Shown piece by piece: positions 39,225-53,076 of a DNA stretch of 64,000 bases. Both the position numbers and the translations under genes were made by a program. The notes below the pieces were generated by a model, which saw only the letters and a list, made by a program, of their open reading frames with translations, did not search any database and was not told where the DNA came from. The stretch comes from Callorhinchus milii (lineage: Eukaryota), in the NCBI RefSeq assembly GCF_018977255.1, contig NW_024704743.1:42844001-42908000 (forward strand). Reading direction: 5' to 3'. Numbering within the stretch: the stretch's first letter is position 1; each line of letters opens with the position of its first letter.

Positions 39225-40849
39225 GTAAGAAAGTTCTTGTGACACTAAAGCTGTAATTTCTTCAAAGAAAATGCATCAATGCACGATGTTTCTCCTACTA
39301 CGCGCAACACAACCTTATATTCCATCAGATTTGTAGGCCTTGAGAGCACGGGAAAGGATATCTGATATGGAGGAACTTGTGTGATTTAAAGTCTTCTTTT
39401 TAACTTCCTTCTGCCATTGAATGATTCACATGAGAAAATAAATGAGCTTGTTTGCCAGATGTTTTATGGCAGCAAAACACTGCAGAATATCTTTGAAATG
39501 TGCAATGAATAGAAATATACAATGGTGACGTTTAAAAACTAAACAACTGAAAAAACCTAGGTAATGGTTTGTATCCCAGATTGTATGGAGCTGTGGCATC
39601 TAGATAAGCAAATAGCGGATTCAGTTTTCACAGCATTTAACTGTTAACTAAAAGATCCAACTTTGTGTACATCACTGGTGAGGTTACATGTAGAACACTG
39701 GGGTTGGAAAGGTGTTTGAGAAAGGTGTAACCCCTGAGCAAAGCACTTTCCAATGTAATCTAGATTTTCTTCAGGGAAATCCCAGTACATCATGTCAACT
39801 CGCAGGACCTCAGCTATGAGGATTTCTATCTTTGTCAATTGCGATCACGGAAAATGGTCTATCTGGGCTTGCTTGGGGGACCTTGCTCAAGCGCAGATTG
39901 ATTTAAGTCTATAACCCCTGAGAGAGCTCAAACAGACCACCTTAGGCACTCAAAAATGATCCCCGTTAAATGATTTCCATACTGGAGCCACCCAGGACTC
40001 TTCAGCCAAGATTGCATGCTACCACTATTGAAAAGTTTGGAAGGGGGTGGTATTTTTTAAAGACTTTTTAACAAGGAATGGAATGCATAAGGAATACTGC
40101 AATCCTTCCCCCAATTTTGACATCTAGCATGGTAGCAAGTATAGGGGAGTGTTTTGACCACGCTGTAGTAACACTGAGCAACTTTGCCCCGTTGGCTGAT
40201 AAGATTTTATATTTTATGAAATGGAATCTTTTATATAGTGATGGAAGTACAAGGGAAATGTACAAGGCTATAATCTATAGAAATGATCTGAAGATTAAAT
40301 CTTCACATTACATTCCCTTTGGAACGTCTTTGATATTCTGCTGACGTTCGCATGGCTGCAGGTTGCATGGTTGCAGGTTGCACTATGCCTCCAGCAGATT
40401 TTTGTGCCTGCATACGCGTCCGAGTGTGTGTGTGTGTTCGTATAATTCTCTATCCTCCAGACACGAGAGGATATGTTCTCACAATAGTTACAGACTGAGC
40501 CAAGTTTAAACTGAGCCCCTGTAAATCCTGAATTTCATTTTGCCCCACCTTGCTCCTGTTGCTACTTGTGTTTGCCTCTTACAAACCCACCTGACTGTCA
40601 AAAGCAATATGAATCGATTCAAGCAGTTTTTAGCACTGCCAGTCAGATGCAGCAGGATTATTTTACCTTACTAGTGTAATACCATAGATCTGATAATGTA
40701 ACTTGTACAAAGGATATGTTTGCAATTTATCTTGATATCTGTTTAAACTCCCCACTACATTGAACTGCTTATCTGCAGCACAAATTCAGTCAATGCCTTC
40801 ATCCTTCTAAAAAAAATCCTCACAGTCTCTGGGAAGTCATATAACAAAT

Positions 40850-41100
40850 TACACCTTTTAAAGTAGGAAAACGTCTCAAAGTGCTTTGAATAGGTGGTTT
40901 GGGAGCTTGAGCAGGGTGGGATTTGAGGTAGGAGACAACAGAGTGGTGAGAGGGAGGTAGCCAAAGGTCCAGTCAAAGAGAGAAGTTTTTAGATGGATTT
41001 TGAAAGCAGAGAGGGAAGGTGAGAAGTGGAAGGCTGCAGAACGTGGGGGCAAAGAAGCTGAATGCTCACTCACCGATCGTACAACAGACAGGTCAGAAGA
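40850..41100 (-). mobile_element. Diverged LINE2 3' fragment
   Basis: - strand SLSAFKIHLKTSLFD. Confidence 0.7.
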
Positions 41101-41259
41101 TATGAACAAAGCTCATTCCACCATCCACTAAACAAAGTGAGCTTATTGATCACACTGGGGAAAAATTAATAAATTAATAGAAGGTTTCCAACAATTGTTA
41201 AAATAAGTAATGCTGTCCACTTGAGCTTTGCTCTTATGCTTTGTGACATTGTACATTTC

Positions 41260-41328
41260 AGCGCCTTGGGACGTCCTCCCGACGTGAAAGGCGCTCTATA
41301 AATGCAATCTTGTTGTTGTTGTTGTTGT
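41260..41328 (+). mobile_element. Minimal L2 insert consisting only of the terminal stem-loop and (TTG)n
   Basis: agcgccttgggacgtcctcccgacgtgaaaggcgctctataaatgcaatc(ttg)n. Confidence 0.85.
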
Positions 41329-42500
41329 AGCTGACATCGGAATGTTTTACAGTCTTGTAAAACACTCCAATCTATGTGTTACCTATGGCCTAAACACCTC
41401 AGTTGTGACTGCAGCACTCACCACTAGTTACAGGTGATAAAATAATCCTTACATCTGATATAATGGTTTTCATGTCGGGAGGATGTCTCAAAGCACTTCA
41501 CAGGATTTACTACAAAGTGTTTGATTATTTTGTAGGCAAAACAAAGCTGACAATTTGAGCACAGCAACACCTGCAAAACAATCATGAAGTGAATGACCAA
41601 TTTTATTTGGGAATTGTTGGCCAGGACACTCGGAGAGAGAAACTCCCTTCACTGATGGTGTTCCGTAGTGAAATACAAAACGCCCTTTGAGCCCCACAAA
41701 ACAAATGTGATATAACTCACCTCGCTTTGTACAGTACAGAAAAAATAAACATGCCTGAAATGAACTTCATTAACTCCGAACGATGAGGAAGCACATTAAA
41801 TGAAAGTCAGGAGTAAATGTACCATAAAGAAATTTGACAGATGTAAATGTGTAGCTATTCCAACCACTTTAATTATAAACAGTTCTGTTCATCTCCACTG
41901 ACCATCAGTCTGTATATTCAGTGCAATTGTCATTCCCTCTACAATCACGTTTACCATAGCTTCATGTTAATATAATTAACTCTGTGACATTACATACACA
42001 AAGTCTATGCAAAGCAAGTTCCTCTACATTTCCAGAACTGAATAAAGTCAGCGTTTAGGGGGTCAAATGAGTGATGCATTTAATATTATCACATCAATGT
42101 TCTCTGAATGTGTGGGCGAGATACCAAGACCCTTTCCTTCCCCACCTCCCCCCCACCCACCATTCCTCTCCCCATACTGTTTTCTATGGTGACATTGCAC
42201 AGTATTGCACAGATGTTATCTTTTGACATCCAGTTAGTTTGGATACAGGTAACTCTGAGGCTTTTATTCAATAAAAGGATGTGTCCCACTAACCGGCAGT
42301 CATCTGTGAGCTGGATGCCAACACCAACGACAATATACAAGAAATTCTGACACAATGTTATGCAAACACATCAAATAAAAAGTAACTGATACATTAAGCT
42401 GAGCAAACAAGTGATGTTTAAACTTGGCAGTAAAGTGATAGACACATATAAGCTTCCCCAAAATGCTAACACCTGGTAACTATATATTTTACCTGTGCAG

Positions 42501-42620
42501 GTACCTCAGTGATACAGATCACAGCAAGTGATGCTGATGATCCCACGTATGGGAACAGCGCCCGAGTGGTGTACAGCATCCTGAAGGGACAGCCTTACTT
42601 CTCTGTGGAACCAAGGACAG
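42501..42620 (+). CDS. CDH20: Cadherin coding exon 3 (EC2: [40 protein letters not shown])
   Basis: Acceptor tgtgcag|GTACC, donor ACAG|gtaaac, 120 bp, phase compatible with neighbouring exons. Confidence 0.96.
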
Positions 42621-44253
42621 GTAAACAATCACTTCATCAAATCCTTGTTATCGTATCCTCTGGTGCCCAAGAGATCGGACGTTTGTTTGTACTGCTGTGT
42701 TCATTATCTCATCAGCACCGAAAAGCCTGCTCAGCTTTTGAAAGGCACAGGGGATGTTGGAGTCAATATTGTGGGATTTCTTAAAGGATTTTGTAATTAA
42801 GAAATGGATATTTTAGGACCTTAAAGAATCTAAATGGGAACTGCTTGATGTACTTCCAATTACATGACAGGTATCATTCTGACTGGAGGGAATCCCACTC
42901 CAGTTGAACTGGAGCAGTTTCCCGGCAGGTAGCACCGTGAATGTGTGGATTTCTTAATGAAGAAATACCACAAAATGAACCGTCCCATTTCAGGTTAAAA
43001 TCAACTAGACAAATGATCTGACAATTTCCGAACATTAGGAGTTTACAAAATGGAATCTCAGAAAAGTACAAAATTAAAAAACTATTTTTATCTCAAATCG
43101 CGCGAGGTTTGCAGAAAGACATTTAAAAATATGAACTGAAAAAAAACTCAAAGCATAATAAATATTTCAGCTTTCAACAAAAGGAAAATAAGAATGAGTC
43201 AGGAGCCACTTTCATTTTTCCTGTTGAAATAAAGGCTGCATTACAATATTGAGGGTGTATCTGACCACCTGTTTTACACACTTTGCATAGAATTTCTGAT
43301 CTGTGTTAACAGCCTGTCCCCCGCCCACACCCCCTGCCATGTAGGCATTATAGTCACTTAATGAAGTACAAGGGAAAAACCTGAAGTGCCAGTAGAACTT
43401 TGCCCTAGTGGGAGGAAAAGTGAACAAGGGAGAAACTTGGGGAAGAACAAGAGTAAAATTCTTTCGCTATATAATTCTCTTTAAAAAAAAATGAATGTGC
43501 ACGAATCGCACAAATCTTGATGTAACATATGTTAAAAATGGTTCACTCACCTATCGAGAAATCATATGGAAAGCTGTTGTATAAGGTAGCACTTTATAAG
43601 ATAGGTGTCGTGTGTGGCTCTAAGAGATAGTGTTATGAAGAGAGAGTTCATTCTACGTATATTCATAATCTTAATCCAATGATGCTTTCCCAGTTATTTA
43701 AATTTGACACTAAATATAATCACTTCAGTACCTGGTTTCACTTAATCAAATTGCACTGGAATAATTGAGGTAATTCATAATGCGGTCCTTCCGTTAATTA
43801 ACCCAAAGAAGCTCAATATTGAATTGCCACAAATTTGACTCATTTATAATTTTAGAATCTATTCTTCCTTGTAAATCAATGCCTTTTTGCTTATTATTTG
43901 TGGACAAAAGAATGTTTTCAATTGCGTATTATTTTTGCAGGTTCAGTTTCTGTTTGCTCTTAGATTAAATAATTAACTGAAGAAAGGAGGTGCAGTATTG
44001 TATTATAACCACAGCCGTTCCCTTTGCTCTGTCGACTCCCTCCCATCTGCCCACTCCAACCTGCTTCATGCCCACCCCCACACTGTTCACTATCAACTAG
44101 AACTCTGTTCCCAAATTTCTCTACCTCGCTCTCTCCATCAGTGCTTTCAAAACCCATTCATCTCTTTGACTGCACCTTCGGCCCCTACCCCTACCGCTTC
44201 GATTTCCCTCCCACCTCGGGGGTAAAGTTCAGTCTTTGTAAAGCACTTTGATA

Positions 44254-44465
44254 CAACAACAACTTGAATTTATAGAGCACCCCTCACACAGGGTAGGGTC
44301 CCAGAGCACTTGACAGTGGCTGAGCACGATGCCGAGCTGGGGGGAGGGGCTGACCGTAGGTCGAAGAGAAGGGTCTTCAGGTTCGACCTGAAGATGGGGA
44401 AGGAGAGGGTGGCGGAGAGATAGAGGAAGAGTGTCCAGAGTTTCAGGGTGTAGTGTCTGAAAGCG
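44254..44465 (-). mobile_element. LINE2 3' fragment of a third tail type
   Basis: RAFRHYTLKLW...FRSNLKTLLFD and (AAC)n. Confidence 0.75.
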
Positions 44466-45553
44466 CGATACGTACTCGCTGTGTGAAAGACGTTATATAA
44501 ATTCACATTGTTGCTGTGTGGATATTTGGAGTCTAGAGGAAACCTGATGGAGATGCGAAACTTCCTTCAAACCGATTCAACCAAATTGAAAAGCAAATCT
44601 ACAGCTCTTGACATCAAGTGATCTTCCATCTTTAAACTTTTAGTGAGGAGAGGATATAGATTAAAAAGACTTGCTCCAGGGTCGATTAAGTATGACAAGA
44701 TCGTCCTGGAACTATTTCAATATACAGCATCAGGCAGCTGTATAATGGCCAATGGACTACTTTCAGCTCACAGCTCAGTAATCACAGCCCAACCAGCAAG
44801 TCACTTGGTCAGCAATTTGGTATTCTGTGACCAGAACCTGATTATGTTCTCTGCAATTTAATTGTTGAGTACAACAGTATATATGCATGTACAGATCAAT
44901 AAATATAAATTGCCACAGTGTTCAACATTAAAACACAATCTCACTGATAATAATTCCTTTGCAAGTAGTTTCGAGCCACAGGAGGTTCACACTGAGGTAA
45001 AATTGAATGGTTAACTATTGCTGGGTTTAAGTTCTTTACTCTCTGCAGTGGAATGATGTGGAGCAGGTAAATCCTCTTCTAATACTTCCCGCTCTACATC
45101 CTATTGCACTGGGGCCACAAACAACAAACACTCGACGTTGTTGTTCTACATAAGAGCAAAACAGCAACTCCATGACTCTGTGATTAAAGTGACAGACCTG
45201 AGATTGTCTCTATAACCTTTGAAACTAATCTGCTCAAAATTCTTTAAACAGAGCATGAGGGGAATCAAGAATCCCACGTTTCACCCCAATGTGCTTATGC
45301 CTGATTATGGCGATTTGCAAAATCTGAATGTGTACGTATAACATGCATATGAATTGAATTCCCTCCCGAAATTACCCCACATTCATTGGCAAACTTGCAA
45401 TATAATTGCAGCGTTAATCCTTGCTCTGTGCATTTCGGTAGTGTTTTTTTAAATTTAATCTCTTGTTTCTAACAGTAACATTGGTGCCCTCTGCTGATCA
45501 GTTATCAAAATGACACTTTCGTTTTGCTTCAGTTGTTCTGATTTGTTTTGCAG

Positions 45554-45721
45554 GCATCATCAGGACAGCTTTAGCTAACATGGATAGAGAGATCAATGCG
45601 AGGTATCAAGTGATTGTCCAGGCCAAGGACATGGGCGGACAGATGGGAGGCTTATCAGGGAGCACGACTGTAAATATCACCCTCTCAGATGTCAATGACA
45701 ATCCTCCCCACTTCTCTCAGA
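45554..45721 (+). CDS. CDH20: Cadherin coding exon 4 (EC2: [13 protein letters not shown]...[13 protein letters not shown]...[11 protein letters not shown])
   Basis: Acceptor ttttgcag|GC, donor CAGA|gtgagt, 168 bp. Confidence 0.96.
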
Positions 45722-46549
45722 GTGAGTACCTCCGACGCTGGATTAGCAGTGCACCAATAACCACCAACAATGTGTTTCCTGTTGAAGAGTGTCCAGGAAA
45801 CTTACCACCCAGTATTGGGCAAGAGAAAGGGTTAGGAAAGTGAGCATTTCTTACCATTTTGATATAGAAAGAATATGTATAGTGATCCTTGCATTTGATA
45901 AACTGCCTTCGAAACGTCTCAAACTGCTTCACAGGATTTACTGCAAAGTGTAGTGACTGTGCATTCACAAATGCTAGGATAAGCAATGTGAGGAAACTTT
46001 TAAGAATTCAACATCCTCATTCTAACTTTCAAATACCTCCATATCCTCACTCCTTTGTCCCTCAGCAATCTCTGCCAGACCCACTCCCTTGCCCATTCCC
46101 CCTCCGCCCTGCAAACTCAGGCCTACTGCAGGTTCTCCATCCCATCAATGGTGGCCTAGCTTTCAGACCCTCTGAGTAATTCTCTCCCAAACCATCTCCA
46201 TCTCATATCCTCCCTCACTACTTTCAAAACCCTTGCAACAAAAAGCCTGCCTCTTCATCTGTGCCTTCAATCATTCCCCGTCCCCTCCCATTTCCTATCT
46301 TGCTCAGATTTCCACTCCATCTTTGTGAAGCACCTTTGAGATATCAGCCTACATGAAAGGTGCTATTTGGGTGAAACTTGTTGTTTTGCCTTTCTCCCCT
46401 TAAAACAATGCCTTTCTCCCCTTAAAACAAAAGGAAATGTTCACTTACAAAATACTCAGTCACTTTACACTTTACAGTAAATCCTGTGAAGTGCTTTCAG
46501 GAGTTTCGATGCCCAAGATGCTATATCAAATGCAAAGGTTATTACAACT

Positions 46550-47430
46550 ATAACAACAAGTTGCATTTATATAGCACCTTCACATCAAAAAGACATCCTA
46601 AGGCGCCCAGACAGTGAAGAGTTTGCACTCAAGCTGCAAGTTGGAATCAGGAGAGGTGGAGAGCAAGGGGGGGTGGAGGTGGGAAAGATGAACGAAGGTA
46701 CGGTCAAAGAAGAAGGTCTGGAGACGGGCCTTGAAGGAGGCAAGAGAGGGGGCAAGGTGGAGCTGCTCCAGGATGGAGTTCCAGAGGGTGGGTGCAGAAA
46801 GGCTGAAGGCCCAACCACCAACAGTAGAGCAAGCAGGATGGGGACGTGGAGCAAGCCACTGCCCACCGAATGGAGGGAACAGACAGGTTGGTAATGTTTT
46901 AGTTGGTCGCAGAGGTAGAGAAGAGCAAGACCATGAGGGGCTTTGAAAGTGAGAACAATAATAATAATCATTACATTTGATACAGCACCTTATCACATCT
47001 TCAAGACTTCTTAAAGTACTTCACAGAATATACTGTAAAGTGAAATGACTGTATTTTGTGGGCGAAACACGGCAGCCTTTTGCGCACAGCAGTGTCCCAC
47101 AAACAGTCGTGGATCGAAGGGAACAGTTGATTTTTTATTTAATTTTTTTAAAAAGAATTATTAACTCCTGGAAAAGCGATCAGGCAATCAACTAACAACC
47201 ACATTCCTACTTACTGCTAGGTAAACAGAGGCGTGTCAAGTAAGGAAATTTGCCAAACATTTCGCCCTGCCAGGAATCAAACCCAGGTTTCTCGCTTGCA
47301 AGGCGAGTGCTCTAACCACTGAGCTACAGAACTCCACAATCTTAAATTCGATCCTCTGGGGGATGGGTAGCCAATGAAGCCGGGCAAGGATGGGAGCTCA
47401 CGGAGCTCAGTGGGGGAGAGGACACTAGCT
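46550..47430 (-). mobile_element. LINE2 3' fragment split by a full-length SINE
   Basis: L2 at 46550-46959 resumes at 47336 (cttaaattcgatcctctggg...agccaatgaag). Confidence 0.88.
46960..47335 (-). mobile_element. Full-length tRNA-Ala(TGC)-derived Deu-domain SINE
   Basis: Complete head, body and tail, with 5-bp TSD acaat at 46955-46959 and 47336-47340. Confidence 0.92.
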
Positions 47431-48109
47431 GGAGAGCATTATTATAAATGCTACAGGATAGTTTTTATAGTAATAATTCTATTATTATATATGCTACTCA
47501 ATGGTGAATTGCTAGGAGGGCCTAGTGTTTGGTGCTTCCTTGTTAAAAATTCTGGTGCAAGTATGCTTGTAGGAAGGGTAGATGGCTAGAATTCCTACGC
47601 AGCTTTGCTATGATTTCCTAAGTGACTCTGAGGTGGCAGCAAACCATGATTTGTGATCTGAATCACTTCTCCTTTATTGACTTACATGGAGAAACAAATA
47701 ATTGAGGGTGTTTTATTGGTCACAAAGCTTGCACTTTCTGAAAGGGAGCCCATCAATTTTGAATAGTGCCTTTCTTCTGACGCCTTCCAATCATTCTTAA
47801 AGCAGGAGGAATGTCAAAGGCATTGGGACTGGTGCTCATAATTACCTAATGTAATGGGCCTAACTCTTGCATTGATTACATGCTGGGCTCCACAGTCACT
47901 GTTAATATGACCGATGCATCGTAGGGCTTTCCGCATACTGACAGGGAGATCTGTAGGGTTTAAAAATCTTGTCAAAGCACAATTTTATAATGAAGAGCCA
48001 CGGGTTTGATCCCTGGTGTGCGATGAGTTATTTGTTCTCAGCGGGGTTGTTATTTAGGAGCACTGTGATGTATCTCGGCTTCACTGGGCTTGTCTTGGCT
48101 CGCAACGAC

Positions 48110-48745
48110 CATCAGTATTTTTGGGGGTCAGTCATGCAGAAACCCATCACCAAGCTTCAGAGGACCCAAACCAAGCAGAGATTTCTATGCATCCCACCTT
48201 CACATGGAAGTCCCAGAGATATATTGTTGGAATGGAATGCGCACTCTCTCACTGGAGGGACACATCCTGCTGACCTAATTCCTGAATATATTAGGTGCAG
48301 GTTGGCAAGAGCCAAGGTTTGAAGACCCCAGAGTATGCATTGGGAAACTGCTGGAGTCTAACCAGCTGAAACCGCTTGCCTTTGATATTGCTATCCAGCA
48401 AGCTTTCCCACTGTTTGTCCAACTAGGACCAACCAACCCATCAGGGCTTTGGCTTGTAGGGTTAACAACAACAACAACAACAAGATTCCAATTATAGAGC
48501 GCCTTTCACGTCGGGACGACGTCCCAAGGAGCTGAGTAGGATAACTGCCTGCTCCCAGTGACTGGTCTGCCCTTCCAGGTCCTATTAATGAGCCAGGCTG
48601 TTGTGCTGTCATCAGCAGTGCCCTAGAATACTACGGATCCGCCTGGCTCAGGAACCGGACTACTGAGACTGCCACTAAGGGCTCGCTCAATTCCGACATT
48701 CCGTTGCCAGGCAGGTCACGTTGGAACCTCAGCTCCAAGAAGCCC
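48110..48745 (-). repeat. Unclassified interspersed repeat, copy C (carries an L2 tail insert at about 48467-48527)
   Basis: Colinear with copies A and B. Confidence 0.82.
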
Positions 48746-50634
48746 CCACGTATCTCCCCCCAAGGAGGATAGTAACTAACCATCAGTACATATATGTCGA
48801 TGTGGGCAACTGGTTAACTGTAATGTTTCTCACGGCCACCTAGACCATCCATGTTTATCATCCAAGCTCACTCATGAAAAATGACAACAACAACAACAAC
48901 AACAAGATTCCATTTGAGTCAGGTGTTGAAGAGTGACAGTCATTCACCTGTCACTTACTCTTCACTCTGAGATATTATCCTACATGAAGGGTGCTATATA
49001 AGTGTTATTGCTGACATGTATCCACGGGAATGAACCTTGGCACATTCACAATATGAGGGAGAAAATTGGATAACATTATCATAAATAATAATCCTTGCAT
49101 TTAGTACTGCGCCTTTCATGTCAGGAAGACATCCCAAAGCGCTTCACAGGATATATTGTAAAGTACAGTGACTGGGTGCTTTTTGACCAAACGTGGCAGT
49201 CAATTTGCACACAGCAATGTTCCACAAATAGCCATGAAGTGAATGACCAAGTTTTCTTTTCAAATAATGCCACGGGAGTTTTAAAGTCCATCTGAACAGG
49301 CAAAGACAGCCTCAGTTTAACATTTCATCCAAAGGACGACATCTCCGACAATGCATTGGAGTGTCACATTGATGGGGAATAGTAACTTTTTTTTAAAAAA
49401 AGTTTAATATTACTTTTGCATCAATTGGATGTGACTGCTATGTTCAAATGTAAGAAAGTCTAGCTGTATATATAATTTACAGGGATAAAAACAGCTTTTC
49501 ATGTTTGTACATTGAGGATCCTCCCATGTACCATACCTTCATTCCTAATTATCTGAAACATGTAAAGGCTCATCTGACACTAATATGTGTTGTGTCAGCC
49601 TTTTCAATTACATGAGTGTTCAGGAGCAGACAGACATCTAGAGAGAAAATCCAGCTGGGTCTAGATGTATTCTATTTGTGTAGTACATAACAACAACTTG
49701 CATTTGTATCATGCCCTTCAAGCAGGATAGTGTCTCAGAGTGCTGTACAGTAGTGGGGTTGCCACCGATCATGGGAGAGGGGGAGTGCCATTACAAAGAG
49801 GTAATCTTGGCAAAATTCTTATATATAACTTTAATTTTAAAACCACTTTTCTGTAGAAAGATGTTACAAAAAAAACTTCAAAGTTAGGGCTGTGTTTAAG
49901 AATTTGCCACCTTTTAGACATTCTCAAATGCTACTTAAATAGATTAAGTCTAGCCACGGGTGAAATTTCTCCCCAAATCTGCTTCTGCTCTTATACCTCA
50001 AATACGTATCGTGCTCCAGTTCAACAGTAGTTGTGCAGAAAGTAAAGACCGAAACTTAGCTGCCTGTCCTTTACATTACTACAAAACAAGCACTTGCAAG
50101 AATATATCAGGATGTTACATGGGCTGTGATACCTGTTTGAATCGTTTGGGATCGGAGTTTATCACAATTTTATAGAAATATAAACAGAAAAGCTGGCAGA
50201 CCATCCAATGGTTTCATGGGTAAAGACTTTGCCCATCACAGGCTTGCTCACATTTGCTGAATAGTGGCCCCTTGGGTGAGAACCAGAGGGCAACCTGTGC
50301 TCATGAAATCATACCACAGAGGGAGTCAATGGAAATTTACATTGATGATGATCTGCTTTCTGATGACCAAGCAGGACAGGCGCAATAAACTCCACAATAA
50401 ATAAAACATGATTACACCACAACATTTTAAATATCTATAATTAGAGAGGCCATTATTTCTCCTGCAGCAGGAAATCTAAATTACTGCCTCTTACAATTTC
50501 AAGCGTTTGTATCAAGCATCCTCCTCAAACACTAAAGTGAAGCAGAGTACCATCTGTAAAGTTTAATAGTTGCTTATTTAAATAGGAAACCTTTTGCAGT
50601 AATTGTTTTATTTATGGATTTTTTCTCCCTGCAG

Positions 50635-50822
50635 AGCTGTATCAGATGAGCGTGCTGGAGTCTGCCCTGGTCGGCTCAGAGGTGGGAAGACTTTTCGCTG
50701 AGGATGCGGACGAGGGGGTGAATGCAGAAATGAGCTACAGCTTCATCGAAGGGGACGGGATGAATGTGTTCGACATCACCACAGATCAAAGCAACCAAGT
50801 TGGGATTATCATCTTAAGCAAG
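50635..50822 (+). CDS. CDH20: Cadherin coding exon 5 (EC3: KLYQMSVLESA...EDADEGVNAEM...VGIIILSK)
   Basis: Acceptor ctccctgcag|AG, donor AAG|gtaaag, 188 bp. Confidence 0.95.
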
Positions 50823-50854
50823 GTAAAGGGTTTCCAAAAGAGAGCTTGGTCTGT

Positions 50855-51215
50855 TAGCCTGGCTCAGTTGTTAGCATCTCACCTCAGAATCACAGGATTG
50901 TGGGTTCGAGCCCCACATCAGAACCTGAGCTCATTCTCTAGTCATACTCTGTTGGTGACATCCATTGGATAAAACACTAACCAAGGATCTGTCTGTTTGT
51001 TCAGGTTGATGTTAAAGTTCTTGTGACATTATTTAAAAAGAGAAAGGAGTTTCTCCTGATGTACTTCCCAACAACAACAACAACAACAAAATTACATTGT
51101 ATAGCACCTTTCACGTTGGGAGGACGTCCCAAGGCGCTGGAAAGTCAGTTTCGGACCCGAGCTGGGATTTGGGATGGAGGAGGGTGGAGGACAATGGGGG
51201 AAGCACGGTGATCAA
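50855..51215. mobile_element. Older SINE 5' part (+) followed by an L2 tail (-, 51070-51215)
   Basis: ggctcagttgttagc and gggttcgagccc Pol III boxes, then (AAC)n and the stem-loop. Confidence 0.7.
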
Positions 51216-51569
51216 AAGCACGATACTGAGAACCCAAATTTGCGAGCCATGCAAAGTGGCATTGTTCACTGAGATATACTTTTGTCAAAATGTTAGCAAA
51301 CCAGATGGCATGTTTTAATGGTGATTTTTGTTTCGCAATTTAATTTTCGATTTACATTAAATGGATGATTGCAATTTCCGAACCTAAAAAAAGTGGGTGG
51401 AGGGGATTGGCCAGAGAGGAACACAGACCATCCATTCAGATTTTATCACTTTGATGGGTTTGAGAGATCACCGTTGTAAAAATTACAGAAATTAAGTTGC
51501 GATTCAGCCCATCTGTTTGTGAACCATTTGCATTTTAGTGAATTTAATGGCCAATTTATAGGGTATCGT

Positions 51570-51855
51570 AAATGAACCTTAGGCAAATTTCCTTGCTCCA
51601 CGCACCTCTGTTCACCTAGCATAAGTAGGAACTCGGTTGTTAGTCGATTGACAGACCGCTTTTCAGGGGGTAATAATCCCTCCACACAAAAATAATTTGG
51701 TCACTCAATCCACGACTGTTTTTTGGACACTGCTGTGTGCAATTGGCTGCTGCATTTCACCCACAAAATAAACAGTCAACAAACAGTTACAATATATTCT
51801 GTGAAGCACTTTCAGACATCTCAACAACGTGCTAAAGCAAAGATTATTATTTTTA
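51570..51855 (+). mobile_element. tRNA-Ala/Deu SINE lacking its head
   Basis: Central block, Deu block and tail. Confidence 0.82.
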
Positions 51856-52617
51856 TATGTAAAGCCCTGACTGCAAACTACAGCTAATATTTGTCAGCAG
51901 CAAATAAATTCCCTTTCAACTACCAGAATATAATTTAAAGCAAGCATTCACTTTATAGACAATGAGGCCATTGGAAACTGCCTGAACAGTCAGCTCCAAT
52001 ATTTTACCCTGTCAGGTACAGTGGGTATAAAATATTTCAATTCCAGTGACTGTGCAAAGCTTCTAATTGCTGGAAATGAGCAGAGTTATTGGTACACTCT
52101 GTACCAAGACATATCTTTACCTTTCAGAAGTTAATCTACAAAGAAGCTAGTCTGCACCGGCCTGAAACTAATAAATAATAATTATAATAGTCTTATCATT
52201 TGACATAGTTCCTTATCATATCGAGATGTAACAGAGTGCTTCACGAGATTTTTTCATAAAGTGTAGTGACTGGGTATTTGTAGGCAAATTATGAGCCCCC
52301 ATGAGTTGAGATTGTCAGTCGTGTGTATCAGACTGAAATGCAACCATTTTCCATTTTGACATTTCCTACCGATACTCCTTTTAATGAGTAAGCTCCATCA
52401 ATACACACATGGAGCATTAATAGAAGGAAGCTGATTGGCAGTGACAGCGGCACTCTGGAGCCAGTCATCCTAAACGCATGAGTGATGTTGTGCGATACGA
52501 GCATCTTATCTTACAGTTGTAAAACTTTTTTACAGCGGATTGAAAATAAATGAGACCCGATTCATTCTAATACACATTATTATTTCTTTCTCGATTTCAT
52601 TCCACCCCTTACCCCAG

Positions 52618-52871
52618 ACATTAGATTTTGAAACAAAGGACAGCTACATGCTGATGGTGGAGGGTACGAACTCGCACCTGGACCTGCGCTTCTTGAATTT
52701 CGGCCCGTTCCGAGACACAGCCAGGGTGCGGCTGACCATCGAGGATGTGGATGAGCCGCCGGTGTTTGACGCTGCTTTCTATTTCGTGGAGGTGTACGAA
52801 GATGTGACGATCGGCACACCTATCCAAACCGTCTCAGCAAAGGACCCTGATGCGGCTGCTAATTCGATCAG
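52618..52871 (+). CDS. CDH20: Cadherin coding exon 6 (EC3/EC4: TLDFE...EDVDEPPVF...AKDPDAAANSIR)
   Basis: Acceptor accccag|ACA, donor ATCAG|gtaata, 254 bp. Confidence 0.95.
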
Positions 52872-52874
52872 GTA

Positions 52875-53076
52875 ATAATAATAATAATAATCCTTACATT
52901 TGATATAGCGCCTTGTCATGTCATTCAGACATCTCAAAGCGCTTCACAGAACATACTGCAAAGTGAATTGACTGTATATTTTGTGGGCGAAACTGCTCAC
53001 AGCCAATCGCGCACAGCAGTGTCCCATAAACAGTCGTGGATTGAGTGACTAAATTATTATTTTTTTGAATGGATGA
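52875..53076 (-). mobile_element. 5'-truncated SINE inserted in the exon 6 splice donor
   Basis: The (AAT)n tail starts inside the donor. 9-bp flanking direct repeat gatcaggta at 52866-52874 and 53077-53085. Confidence 0.9.
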
